NCBI GenBank assembly: GCA_010909165.1
Contig: MU008231.1
Span: forward strand, 20,995 to 84,994
Direction of reading: 5' to 3'
DNA length: 64,000 bases
Source: Anthoceros angustus
Lineage: Eukaryota > Plantae > Anthocerotophyta
In this document: one piece after another, positions 24,432 to 37,500 of the stretch
Position numbering within the stretch: the first letter of the stretch is position 1
Layout of the letters: each line of letters opens with the position of its first letter
Position numbers and translations under genes: made by a program
Notes under the pieces: generated by a model
Databases searched by the model: none
Seen by the model: the letters and a program-made list of their open reading frames with translations, nothing else
What the model was told of the DNA's origin: nothing

Positions 24432-27400
24432 TGTGGTGACCACATGGTACTGGACTTCGTAAAGGAGTGTTTTTTTTTTGTTTTGTGTTTAAGCTAGAAT
24501 CGTGTGGAGTTGGAATGTGAAGTAGGTTAGGAAATAAAGAAAAGTCTACTAGAGCCTAGTAGGAGGAAGAGAGTCTAGTCCCGATCCCGGATGTAACCTC
24601 GAGGGTTGGTCGCCGACCGTTGCTAACGCGTTGCTAGGGCCGTGCTAATGTGGCTGCTATGACCACAACCGACGGAGCCTGCTATGGTAGCAACCAAGTT
24701 GGAGTTTCTTTCGATGACTTCGGAAAATCCAATCGATGGAATCACAAGGAATACCCAAACGGAAGTAACGGGGTCCTATTGGCAATTAAGTCCAACATGG
24801 AAGAGTATTTGCATCGAATCCAGATCGAAGACGGCGCCGCTACCGAATTCGAGCGCGACTGGGTGGAGGCCGGAGCGAACGGACGGATGCAAGGCGAGGT
24901 GTCGCACGATCGCGAAGCCGCCAGCAGCGAGCGCCAGGAGACCAAACCGTTTGGCGGCAGGATTGAGAGGGGTCGGAGGAAGCGAGCGCAAACCGGAGGC
25001 AGCACTGGGGAGGCGGCGAATGAAGGTTCGGTGAGAACGCCTGAAGGCGCGTGGCTGCAATGGAGGTAAGCAGTGGGCGCGGCAGAAATCGCCCACCGGG
25101 CGAGTGGGGAGTAATCGGGCCGTGCAACTCGGAGAAGGCGAAGGGCGCGTGTGTGGCGATCGTGCCGCAGAAGCTAACAAGAGCAAGTCGGATAGGCCGT
25201 GAAGGGGCGGGAACTCCCGCAGGAAAAGAGAAGTGTGCAACGGGCAGCCAGAATCGGAGGCACGCACTGGGAGGTCGCGGCGTGGCAAGACAAAGCGCAC
25301 TAGGGTCGCTGCTAACCGTGGGTGGATACACCTCCAAGCCTCATACAACCGAGGTAGGTGATGGCCAGCCGATCGCCCGAGCCGAGGCAGGAGGTGTACG
25401 TGGGGTTTCACCAGAGGAGCCGTAAGCCAACACGAAAACGGTCGAAGCATAGACGGTAGCCGGACACCTTTGCTCTCAAGCTCTAAGCTTGTCATAGGAC
25501 AGTGAGCATGGCACCTAAGAAGAACCCTCCGGCCGCCATTGAGGCCATTACGACCGTCCAATGGCCCAACATGGGGCAATCGGAGAGTGAAGGCGGGTCT
25601 TTGGTAAGCATCGTCCTTCATGGACAAAAAGTGGTGCTACAATAGCCTACGTTGGTTTTGGAGTGCAGAGCGCATGAGGGAGAAGGCCATTGGGGAAGGC
25701 AACGTGAGGACCAACCCCGCACTGGAATATTCATTGTTCCAGTCGTTATGAGAGACCAAGAGGAATGTGGCGGGAATAATCATTGACCCTTTCAGAAACC
25801 ATCTCCTCAAAAGTCAGGAGGCACAAGCGGCCATTGCTCCCACATTGTCTAGAGTGGAGAATGGCCGGGGTCACCAACAAGTTAGACCCCGAAATGGCCG
25901 GATTAGCCAGTGATCCTGCTCTCACTCACTAAGAAGCTAGAGCACATTGTCGACCATTTCCTTGTCTTCTATGAGGTGGTGAGAGGGTCCAAGATAGATT
26001 GGGCCAGGATGTTCTATGACACAGGTGAGAGGGACCACTTGACCCTACCATCACCCAGCCCCTCCCTATCTCCCTTCTTAATCCACGTTTTGACCATGCC
26101 AAGTTGGAGGGAATGGAGATGGTCTCATGCCCTGGAGGCCGTGTTTGAAAGAAGGAAGCCCAAAGAGGAGTCGGAGGAAGAGGCCATCTCCAAAGGGGCA
26201 CCGGGAGTGATGAGAAGTCCAAGTGTCCATGAAGAGGAATGTGGCTGGCTAAGGTAGCATTGCTAATAAGCAACGGAGTTGCTAAGGCCCCAACAGTACC
26301 AAGAGAGCCGGGGAGCAGGGGACTCCAACCACACCTAGAGCCACAAGAGCGACGGGAGCTCACCCGGATGTAAGCAAGACAAGGCAAGGCTGTGGCAGCA
26401 CCAATATCCCAGAGCCTGTGCGGGGAAACCAGTCAACAGGAGGAATCACCAACCTTGGGCACGAGCCGATCCGAGAAAGTCACTACACTCAAGGTGACCT
26501 CAAGTATACCCGGAAGTTGTGACAGTCACCATGCGATAGGAAGGAGGGAACCCATCCCGAAGGTTTGGGGCCTAACATCACCCTGCAAGAGTTGGTTTCA
26601 GCTATGGCACGCACTGGGCGAGAGATGGAAGATCGATAGCTCGTCCTCTCTTGTTAGGTTTACAGCAGAAGGAAGCAACAGGAGCAGGAGGAGCTCCAAG
26701 ATGAAGAAGGAGAAGGAGGTCTTGAGGGACGCCTTAGCATGGAAGTGGAAATAGGGAAGGTCCGAGGAGTTGCAAGTCTAAGGACCAGAAGCCTCATGGC
26801 TTCACCGGACGCAAAGCACCATAGGAGAGCTGCAGAATGTTATTTCGGATGCATGCAGCCGAAACCTCGGATGCCTCGAGCAAGAAGGAGAGGGACTAAA
26901 GGCAAGGAAGGAGGCCAAGAGGGCTGGATTGCAAGGAGGGCCACCGTGGAAGATGCGAGGCTCCATGGAAGAATCTGCTGCCGAGTTAGCAACGAGGAGG
27001 TTGCTAAGCAACCGCCAAGCCGCCGCTAGGAAGCACAACCTGCACTGCTAAGGGAGCAACAGTGCTCCAAGACCAAAGCTACAAGGAAGAAGGGGCACAA
27101 GACGTGGAGGAGGACAACAGCTGGGGAGCGGTAAGCACCGCCTAAGAAGTCTAACTTCCCAATGGTGCATTAGATTGAGGGATGCTTATCAAGATAACCA
27201 TGTGCCCGGATTCTCCTTGGCTGGAGAAGATTGTCTCCCGAAAGTTTATGTTGTTGTGGGCTGTGGGGGACATGGAGGTACTTGATCCATGCCTTGACGG
27301 CACCGGATCCTACCTATGGGTTGGACTTGGAGGAGACTCACCGACCCATCCAGATTCAAGAGCTCACCGAGGAGGAGTCACTGCGGCGAGCACAAGAGAG

Positions 27401-28717
27401 AGGAGTCCAGCTGAGGAGGTGGAGATTTTATGGGAGAGATTGCCCAACCAGCCAAGAGGAGAGCAAGAGGAGAACATGGGCCTAGGAGGCCTGTGAGGGA
27501 TAATAGGGTAAGTGGCCTCAAATAGCTAAGGCCCATGTGTTATAGATCAAATCTTCCTCATAGTGGATAGAATTAAGAGATAGGCCTCTAGGATTGGTAG
27601 GCTAAGACCGATTGGTATTTTGGCAAGCAGCCAAGCGCTTTTGTGGGTGATCTTGGGTATAAGAGGCCCTCTTGATGAAATGTAAGCAATGTTGGCCTAA
27701 AGTCTCGGTGTTTGGGGTGAGCACGGGGTTTGGGGGGTACCTGATCTGGCCGTGAGTCTAGGCACCCTCCGTCAGGAGGAGCCGAGAAGACTACTGTTGC
27801 CCATCTGTGACCGATCCGCAAGAGTGGTGGAAAGCAAGGAGGGAACTGTGGTCTCCTTGGGGGAGTTCCCAAGGTCAAGAGGAAGTGAAGCCGGGAGGTC
27901 GGCCCATTCCTTACTCATTCCCTTCATTTGTCTAGTACTCACCTTGTGTTTGAGTTTTCTGGTGTCGGAGGTCATGTGGAAAAGGAGACAAGGCGGGAGC
28001 CCGTGTGGTGGAAGAGAAGGTCAAGTGAGACGGTGGGTTTGTATGCTTGGAAAATGTGAGCGAAAAGTGAACGTGAGAGGAGTGGTGCTGGACATGGAGA
28101 GTTGTGATTACTGGAGAAGTAAGAGGGATTGGAGAAGACCAAGTGATGTTTTGTGAGAAAGTGGAGATTGAATGAGGCCGTGAGGTGTGAGAACAAGGAG
28201 CGTTGAAGGGGGTACTGTGGAGCCGTGGAGAGCCTGGGAGGACAGATGAAGCTTGGGAGGAAAGCTGAAAGGTTGGAGGGAAGAGAGATCCGGGAAGTGC
28301 AAGAGTAAGGAGGTGGGTGTGATCGAACCCCGATTGGTGGATCTAACTTTGTGGAAGGATAGAGAGAGGGTGTCCAATCTTATCCACTTGGACCCCAAGT
28401 GGGCCCCCACCTTCTATTAATAGCCTCAACCCAGATGGGCCCCCCTACTGCTAAAATAGAGGGTGGTTGCTAAGCAACCGGTCGTCTGCTGCTAAGGTAG
28501 CAAGTCGTGCGCTAAGATAGCCAGTGTCCGAGTGTTGTTAGGATAGTAGCGTCTCAGAATCGCTAGATGTTTTGTATGTCCGTGTTTGGTTGGATTGGCT
28601 ATGTTTTGGTTGTCTTGACACGAAATCACTCCCTTGGGTACGAATCTCAAGTCTACAACGATAAAGAGGGTAAATGTGGCCTCTTTGTGACCACTTGGTT
28701 TAGAAAATCACTCCACA
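24432..28717 (+). repeat. 5' LTR of element A (4286 bp)
   Basis: Direct repeat of 34554-38847, starting TGTGGTGACCACATGG and ending CACTCCACA. Confidence 0.92.
25508..27485 (+). pseudogene. LTR-embedded ORF of unknown function (MAPKK...), frameshifted, 5' LTR copy
   Basis: ATG at 25508 (MAPKKNPPAAIEAITTVQWP), then DHFLVFYEVVRGSKIDWARMFYD..LSPFLIHV, charged segments and a stop near 27485. Duplicated at 35595-37581. Confidence 0.6.
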
Positions 28718-28720
28718 TTT

Positions 28721-28734
28721 TGGCGCTGTCGGGA
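28721..28734 (+). promoter_or_regulatory. Primer binding site of element A (TGGCGCTGTCGGGA)
   Basis: Lies 3 nt after the LTR-terminal CCACA. Confidence 0.85.
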
Positions 28735-28844
28735 GTGTCATTGTTGTCAAGACCTTAGAGTAGACTAACCTTGTCTAGTAGTGTATTGGGAGTCTTGAGT
28801 GATACATGGATGCTACCCATTGAGTCCGAAAGTTCCGACCCACC

Positions 28845-30420
28845 GTGAAGAGAAGACTCAAAGAAGAAGACAACGCTGCCGTGGAGCGAGGGCTAAGGGC
28901 CGCATCGAGAGCCGAGGAGAGCATGCAGCAACGTACTGGAGGAGCCAAGAAGCAAGCAACAGTCGCTAGGACCGATGACCATCCTTGCCTCTTCGGTCAA
29001 CTTGTGCACAGTGAACTCAAAGAACTTTTGGACAGTATGCTAACAGATCCTGTTAGACCAACAAGCGTTGTCGATAGGGACGACCGTCATGGCGACCGGG
29101 CCTTTTGCAATAACTACTGCAGCCCATACCCACCGTATGGAGAGAAGAAGGTATGAAGATCCGACGAGTTTGTTGAACGCTTTGAGCAACTAACCATTGC
29201 AAATCGTGAACTGGGATCTGCAGCAGATTCACTCTTCTACGGAGTTCTTCATGGAGGGCCAAGTGGTACAAGAGGGAGTACATCAAGACCCCAAGAACCT
29301 TCAACGAATCAAGAAAGCCTTTTGTGAGAGGTTCAGGGAATAGATGTAGAAGGCTACGTGTTGTCAAAGTTGGAGTTTTTGAGGAGAAGAAGGAAGGAGA
29401 CCTTGCAAGCTTATGTTGAGAGGTTTCTTAACTTGCGTGATCGTAGTGGTCCTCACTCGATTTACATGTGCCATTCGGTGGTTGCTAAGGTTAGATCCCG
29501 AGATGGGCCGACATGTGAGGTGCAAGCGAGAAAGACGAGACAAGGCCATCAAGGCGGCACTCAACTACGAAGAATCCAACTCCTTGGACAAGAAGAAGCA
29601 CAAGAAGGAAAAGAGCAAGAAGAAGAAGTCCAAGCGAGGGAAGAAGGACAAGGGATCTTCGTCGGAGGAGGAAACTTGAGGAGAGTGACTCCTCTCAAGA
29701 CTCAGACGGAGGACTCTTCCTGAGGATGGCAAGACGGAGGAAGAATCCTCAAGACGAGACGCAAGAAGAAGAAGGTTGGCGTAAGAAGAAACCAGAGGCT
29801 CGAGGATCAAGGGAGCTGGCCAGGCTAAACAAGAGGTCGCTAGTGCTAAGAAGGAAGTGGAACAAGTCAAGAGGAGGTCAAGCCGCAGTCAAGAAGGTGC
29901 AACAAAGAAATGAAGATGGAGGAAATGATGAGCAAATTCGAAGTTTCACCTCAACGCGTGAAGGAGCATGAGAAGAGGAGAGCCGCATCCAAAGGCTCGG
30001 GCTAACTGTTTTGTTCCACTTGTGGCCAGCCAGCCACACCAAGTCCAACCGCTGTGGCCAAGGTGCACATGCTCGCCACGAGGAGGAGGAAGAGGATCGC
30101 TGGAGGATACCTACCGATCCGTGGAGGTTTCCAGGACAACAGATTCAAGACCGCCCATCCATCGATGCCGCGAAATTCCATGGGGTATTCGTGAATAACC
30201 AAGTGCCTGTGGTTGCTAACCAAGCAACGGTGGTTCGCTACAACCGTAGGGGCTTTGGTCATTATGCAAATAGCTGCTCATCGCCAACAAGAGCCAATGG
30301 TGACTACGAACTACCGTGCAAGACCGCAAACAATGTGGTCATGTAGCGGGAGTGTCACTTGCCCAAATCCGAGGAAGACTGTTCGAATTGCTCAACCACC
30401 GTGATGGGTTCAAGCAAGCA
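28845..30420 (+). pseudogene. gag with CCHC zinc-knuckle region, frameshifted
   Basis: IKKAFCERF..LSKLEFLRRRRKETLQAYVERFLNL; knuckle-like YNRRGFGHYANSC at ~30238-30277. Confidence 0.7.
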
Positions 30421-31099
30421 TCCCAAGGAGCCGTGCCCATGCACGTGGAGGATGCCCTTATGGCTGTTTGGGAGGATGCGGAAGCCATGGTGTTGCGGGA
30501 GCTAGATGGACTGGGGTGAGGAGACTACTACGGAGAGGCTGCAGCCATGGTCAGGCGCACTAGGAATGAAAAGCTAGGAGGAAGTCATGGAAGAAGAAAG
30601 AGACGGAGGAATCACAAAAAGTCAAGAGAGCACTCCAAGCCCGGAGGGAACGGATCCGAGGAGACACTTGAGAAGGAGAACCCCGAGAAGGAAGAATCAA
30701 GGAGTGAATCGCCTGGGGCCATGCCGGAGAAAAAGAAGTTCCAAAGAAAAGGGAGAGGAACCCCGAGTTTCCACCGGACGCCGGAAGTCATGGAGATGAT
30801 AGAGGAGGAATTGACCAAGACAAAAAAACCGCCGAGCTGTGATCCCGAGATCGCAGAAGTCCTCGGTTAGCAACCGCGCTAATAAGGCGGCCGCAGCAGC
30901 AAGCAACCGACGTTGTTGCTAAGGGAGCAACCGCGATCGCAAGAAGGAGGGACCGATCGAGGACCATTTAACCTTGCCAAGCCATCATGGATCGCATCCA
31001 TCACGTTTGGTCAACTATTGAAGGACAACCCAAGTGCAACAAGTTCTGAGGGCCTTGCAAGAAGCGCAACCCAAGAGGAAGAGGCGATTGCCCAAGCCG

Positions 31100-34000
31100 G
31101 GACCAAGTGACCCTACAACAACCTAGTGTCCATGATAGACCAAGGGCCGGAGTGCAAGTGGAGATCCCGGTCATCAAGCGGTTCCCTTGGATACCGGATC
31201 CGGTGAACATCATGACTAAGGGATAGCAAGGAAGCTTGGGTTGACATTGAGCATACCACACAGTTGAGATTACCGACATGTCAAAAATGCACTGTGGAGA
31301 ATCAAGGAGTAACCACCATCATAGGGACCATTCCCTATCTCATGGACTATGTGGTTATCCAAAGACAAGGCTGTGGTATGACATCCTATTGGGAAGGACC
31401 TGTCAGATGGCTCAAGATGCAAGATGACTTGGGGAGGAAGGAAGTGGCTTTTAAGCCAATGGATTGGGACCCCAAGACGAAGGAGGCGAATTTGTTTGAG
31501 TTGGAGGGATACCACGTGGGAGACTCCTACAAAGAACGGAAGGATACACATCACCGGAGAAACATCCGACTGGAGGAAGAAGGAACTGGACAAATTTCCT
31601 TTTGCACATATCGCATGGTCGATGAGGAGGAAGAGTATAGGAGGGATATCCCTTACTCCCTCAATTTGGTGGACCGCTTTGGTTCATGGAGGACCGCATC
31701 AACAAGGAGAGCGACAAAGAACGCTGCGAGCTGTTAAGGAAGCAACATGATTCGACGGCTAAGCAACAAGACGACGGGCTAAGGAAGCAACGAGGACAGA
31801 ACAGGAAGGGTGAGCGAGATCATTCGATTCACCTCGAGGACCTATTTAGGAGTGGATGAGGGAAGAGGACCTCGTGAACCGGAGGAAGGGTTTGGTGAGA
31901 GTTCAAGACCCGTGGAGCGAGAATGGGTACAAGGACGAGATTAAGGATGTGGAGGTATTGCCCGAAGGTGAAGTTTGCACGACTGGACCAGTTGGAGGAA
32001 GGAATGAAACACCCTCCGAGTTCATCGACGTGTTTGCCGAGGTGATGATATGAAGGGATTCCCAAGAAGTGGGGAGCATAGGATCGATTTGGAGCCGGAG
32101 CGACTCCGCATTCCCCAATACAAGTCGAACCCAAAGTACTCACAAGGTGAAGGAGCAGCTTGAATTGTACTTGAAGGCGACGCCATCTATCCAATCGTGA
32201 ACACGGAGTGGGTGGCTCCAATTGTTGTGGTTCAAGAAGCACCGGAAAGATTCGAGTATGCCAAGACCGGAGGAAGCTCAACAAAGCAACCAAGAAGGAC
32301 CATTTCTCCGCCATTCATCGACAACATCCGGACTTGGTGGTCGGAAGATGTGTACTGCTCTGACGTACTGGGTACAATCACCGCACTTGAGGGAGAGTGA
32401 CTGCCTCTAACCTTCACACGGATTGGGGACCTTCGATACAAGAGGAGTGCTCGGATTGACGGGCAGGTTCCTTCATGCGGAGCATGGTTGAGATCTTCAA
32501 GGAGTATCTCCACAAGTTCATGGAGGTATTCCTAGATGATTTTGTGTGTTTGGGAGTGTGGAGGAGCACCGGATCACTTAGGCTTGGCGAGGTGTCGTGA
32601 AACTCAACTTTGCCTACATCCCGAGAAATGCTACTTTGGCATGCGGGAGGGATTTTGTTGGGCAATTTCAAAGACGAGGCATCAAGTTGATCCGCATAAG
32701 GTGAAGATGATTGTTGCCCGAAGCTCCAACAACTCTCAAGGAACTCCGGGGTTCCTTGGCATGGTGGGCTACTACCGACGCTTTGTGCCTAACTTTGCTA
32801 GGAGCTGCCTTTGACCAGCTTGTTGAGGAAGGACCAAGAGTGGACCGACAGAGGGAGGCAGATTTCAAGATTTGAGGACCACGTTGGTACCAACCCTCAA
32901 GGGACCGGATTGAACAAGAAGTTCCATGTACGTGATGTTTCCGCCGCCATTGGTACGCCTTGAGCCGGTGGATGACAAGAAGAGGGACTACCCAATCTAC
33001 TACGCAGACGGCAACTCACCGATGCGGAGCGCAAGTACACAACAATAAAAGGGAAGCCCTTGGGATGGTGTATTCAGAAGGAAGTTCCATTATCTCCTCT
33101 CCTATGAGTTTGTGTTCCATGTTGACCATTTTGCTCTCAAGCATCTTGTCAACAAGGCGGATCTCTCGCATAGCTCGTTGGATCTTGCACAGGTAAGAGT
33201 TCACATTCACGGTGGAGACACGTGAGGGGAAGCATGTGAATGCCGACTACTTGTCCCGCTTGAAGACGGAGAAGGTGGAGCGTGATCAAGAAGATCATTT
33301 TCCTGGATGAAGCTTTGCCGGGAGGAGGATGAGGAGAGTGCTAGGCCCAATGCCAAGTTGATCGGAAACGGAGGCAAAGACCAAATGAGAAGGGAGGGAG
33401 AAGTTTTGTGCCCCATGAGGAGGTCTTTCGCTTTTAGCAACAGTCGATACCAACACCGTCACAACAAAGAGGTTGTTCTATACTTCCGCACTGTTAAGCG
33501 AGACAAGCCGCATGGGGGCCGATGGAGTTGAGAGGTTGTGGGTCAAGGATGGTCAAAAGGACCGGGTTCTCGCCTTGCATGAGGAGGAGGAGGTCACTAC
33601 GCCAACGTGACTGTAAGAAGATCTTAGGTGGTATTGGTGGCCAACCTTGCACATAGATGCTAGGGAGTTCATCAAGCTGCCAGGATGCATGTCAAAGGGT
33701 TGAAGCCAACCAGACCACACAAAGGGCCATTGGTCCCTATCCTAGCCTTGGCGCCTTTGAAAAGTGGGGATTGACTTCACAATGATTCACCCAAGACCAA
33801 AACCAAAATCAATATATTCGTAGCAACGGACCACCGCACTGCATGGTGGAAGCTCAAGCCTTGCCCGTGGACACAGAATGGTGGCTGTGTTCTTGTTTGA
33901 GTACATCATTACAAGGTACGGTGCCCGTTGGAATTGGTTAGCTGGGTACCCATTTCATCAACGAGGTGATCTCACACATGGTGAAGTACTTCAACATCAG

Positions 34001-34520
34001 CCAGGAAGACCACCCCTACAACCCCAAGGCGAATGGACTCACGGAGAAAGCTAATGGATTGCTTTTGTGATCCTCAACAAGTTGAACCTCACCTACACCT
34101 ACGATTGGAAGCTTCACTCGGCCAGGGCGACAGTGAAAAGGTGACCACACACTGCACTACCTCACCTATGGGCACTCACCACCATGCCCATTGAGTTTGA
34201 AGTGCCAACGCTTGAGAGTCCAAGAGCATAAGAGGATGGAGGAGAGCCGCTTGGAGAGGCTCATAGGCTTTGTTCAAAGACATGGAGAACAAGGAAGCCT
34301 GGCCCCAAACGCCAAGAGAAGAGGAAGGAATGGCATGACCTAAGTCGCAAAAACAAGAGTACGTTGTTCGGGACTTGGCTGTCAGATGACAACAGTACAT
34401 GCACTTCGGAAGTGCATCTTAGATGGATGGGTCCCTACAGGTGTAAGTGTTCGACAATGGATCCATACACCGCGGCAACTTGATGGATTCTCGCCAATGT
34501 GGTCAATGAAGAAGTATTAC
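31100..34520 (+). pseudogene. pol (protease, RT, RNase H, integrase) of element A, frameshifted
   Basis: GEHRIDLEP; EWVAPIVVV; KEYLHKFMEVFLDDF (YxDD-type motif, ~32520-32541); LHPEKCYFG; EFVFHVDHFALKHLVNKAD; integrase PLVPILALAP..YNPKANG; HLRWMGPY. Confidence 0.88.
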
Positions 34521-34540
34521 AATAAGGGACGCCAACAAAT

Positions 34541-34551
34541 GAGAAGGGGAG
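34541..34551 (+). promoter_or_regulatory. Polypurine tract of element A
   Basis: GAGAAGGGGAG followed by TA and TGTGG. Confidence 0.85.
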
Positions 34552-34553
34552 TA

Positions 34554-37500
34554 TGTGGTGACCACATGGGTACTGACGAAAGGAGTGTTTTTGTTTTGTG
34601 TTTAAGTTAGAATCGTGTGGAGTTGGAATGAAGTAGGTTAGGAAATAAAGAAAAGTCTACTAGAGCCTAGTAGGAGGAAGAGAGTCTAGTCCCGATCCCG
34701 GATGTAACCTCGAGGGTTGGCTGCTCGACCGTTGCTAACGCGGCTAGGGCTGCTACAGTGGCTGCTTATGACCACAACCGACGGAGCTGCTATGGTAGCA
34801 ACCAAGTTGGAGTTTCTTTCGATGACTTCGAAAATCCAATCGATGGAATCACAAGGAATACCCAAACGGAAGTAACGGGGTCCTATTGGCAATTAAGTCC
34901 AGCGGGAAGAGTATTTGCATCGAATCCAAAGTGATCGAAGACGGCACCGCTACCGGAATTCGAGCGACCGGTGGAGGCCGGAGCGAACGCCGACGGATGC
35001 AAGGCGAGGTGTCGCAGTGATCGGAAGTCGCCAGAACGAGCGCCGAGAGACCAAACCGTTTGGCAGATTGAGAGGGCGGAGGAAGCGGAGCGCGCAAACC
35101 GGAGGCAGCAGGCCGAGAGGCGGCGAATGAAGGTCTGTGGAGAACGCCCAGCGCGGCGTGGCGGGGGCAATGGGAGGAAGCCGGGCGCAGAAAGCCCATG
35201 CGAGTGGGGAGTAATCGGGCCGAAACTCCGGAGAAGGCTAGCGCGGCTGTGTGGCGATCGTGCAGAAGCTAACAAGAGGTGGCAAGCGGATAGCTGTGTG
35301 AAGGGGGCCGGGAACCGGCCACAGGAAGAGAAGTGTGCAACGGGCAGCTGAAATCGAGGCACGCACCGGGAGGTCGCGGTGGCGACAAAGCGCACTAGGG
35401 GTCGCTCAACCGTGTTGCGATACACCTCCAAGCCTCATACAACCGAGGTAGGTGGATGAGGCCCCGAGCCGGTGCGGAGGTGTCCGTGGGGTTTCACGCA
35501 GAGGAGCCGAAGTCGACACGTAAAACTCGAAGCATAGACGGTAGCCGGACACTTTGCTCCTGTAAGCTCTAAGCTTGTGTCATAGGACAGGAGCATGGCA
35601 CCTAAGAAGAACTCCGGCCGCCATTGAGGCCATTACGACCGCCCAATGGCCCAATATGGGGCACTGGAGAGTGAAGGGTCTTTGGTGGCTAAGCATCACC
35701 GTCCTTCATGGACAAAAAGTGGTGCTACAATAGCCTCGTTGGTTTTGGAGTGTGCAGCATGAGGGAGAAGGCCATTGGGGAAGGCAACGTGAGGACCAAC
35801 CCCGCCGGAATATTCATTGTTCCGCTTATGAGAGACCAAGAGGAATGTGGCGGATAATCATTGACCTTTCAGAAACCATCTCCTCAAAAGCGCAGGAGGC
35901 ACAAGCGCCATTGCTCCCACATTGTCTAGAGTGGAGAATGGGTCACCAACAAGTTAGACCTCGGCCGGATTAGCCAGTGATCCTGGCTCTCACCTCACTA
36001 AGAAGGAGCACATTGTCACCATTTCTTGTCTTTCTATGAGGTGGTGAGAGGGTCCAAGATAGATTGGGCCAGGATGTTCTATGACACAAGTGTGGAGAGG
36101 GACCACTTGACCCTACCATCACCTAGCCCCTCGCCTCTATCTCCTTCTTAATCCACGTTTTGACCATGCCAAGTTGCCGGAGGGAATGGAGATGGTCTCC
36201 TTTCACTGGAGGCCGTGTTTGAAAGAAGGAAGCCCAAAGAGGAGGAGGAAGAGGCCATCTCCGGGCACTGGGGAGTGAAGATGAGAAGTCCAAGTGTCCA
36301 TGAAAGGAATGTGACGCTTAAGGTAGCACCAAGGGTTAACAAGGCAATCAGTTGCTAAGGCCCCAACAGTACCAAGAGGAGCCGGGGAGCAACGGGACTC
36401 CAACAACACCTAGAGCCACAAGAGCACGACGGGAGCTCACCGATGTATAAGACAAGGGCAAGGCCCAGCACCAATATCCTGTGAGCCTGGAAACCACAGT
36501 CAACAGAGGAATCACAACCTTGGGCACAGCCGAAATGATCCGAGAAAGTGACCACTGCTCAAGGGTGGCCTCAAGTATACCCTAAGTTGTGACAGGGGCG
36601 GCCACCGCGATGAGACAGGAAGGAGGAGCCCATCCCGAAGGTTTGGGGCCTAACATCACCCTACGAGTTGGTTTCAGCTATGGCACGCACTGTGGGCAGA
36701 TGGAAGATCTAGTCCTCCTCCTTGTTAGGTTTACAGCGCAGAAGGAAGCAACAGGGAGAGCAATGGAGGAGCTCCAAGATGAAGAAGGAGAAGGAGGTTT
36801 TGGAGGGACAGCTTGGAAGTGGAAATAGGGAAGGTCCGAGAGAGTTGCCAAGTCTAAGGACCAAGCCCTCATGGCTCAGCCTCCGACACAAAAGCACCAT
36901 AGGAGAGAGCTGCACGTCATCTCGTGATGCACAAGTGCATGAAACTGGATGCCTCACGAGCGCCAGGAAGGAGAGGGACGAGGCTAGGAAAGGTGGAAGG
37001 AGGCCAAGAGGGCCGGATTGCAAGGAGGGCCACCGTGGAAGATGAGGCTCCTATGGAAGAATCGAGTTAGCAATGCCGAGGAGGTTGCTAAGCAAGCAAC
37101 CGCCGTTGCTAGGAAGCAACCCTGCACTGCTAGGAAGCAACAGGCTCCAAGACCAAAGCCAGCTACAAGGAAGAAGGGGCAACAAGACGGAGGAGGACAA
37201 CAGCCGGGGAGCGGTAAGCACCGCCTAAGAAGTCTAACTTCCCAATGGTGCATTAGATTGAGGGATGCTTATCAAGATAATCATGTGCCCGGATTCTCCT
37301 TGGCCGGAGAGAAGATTGTCACCCCGAAAGTTTATGTTGTTGTGGGCAGGGGGACATGGAGGTACTTGATCCATGCCTTGACGGCACTGGATCCTACCTA
37401 TGGGTTGGACTCTTACGGAGGAGACTCTCACCGACCCATCCAGATTCAAGAGCTCACCGAGGAGGAGTACTGCCATGCGGCGAGCACAAGAGAGGGAAGA

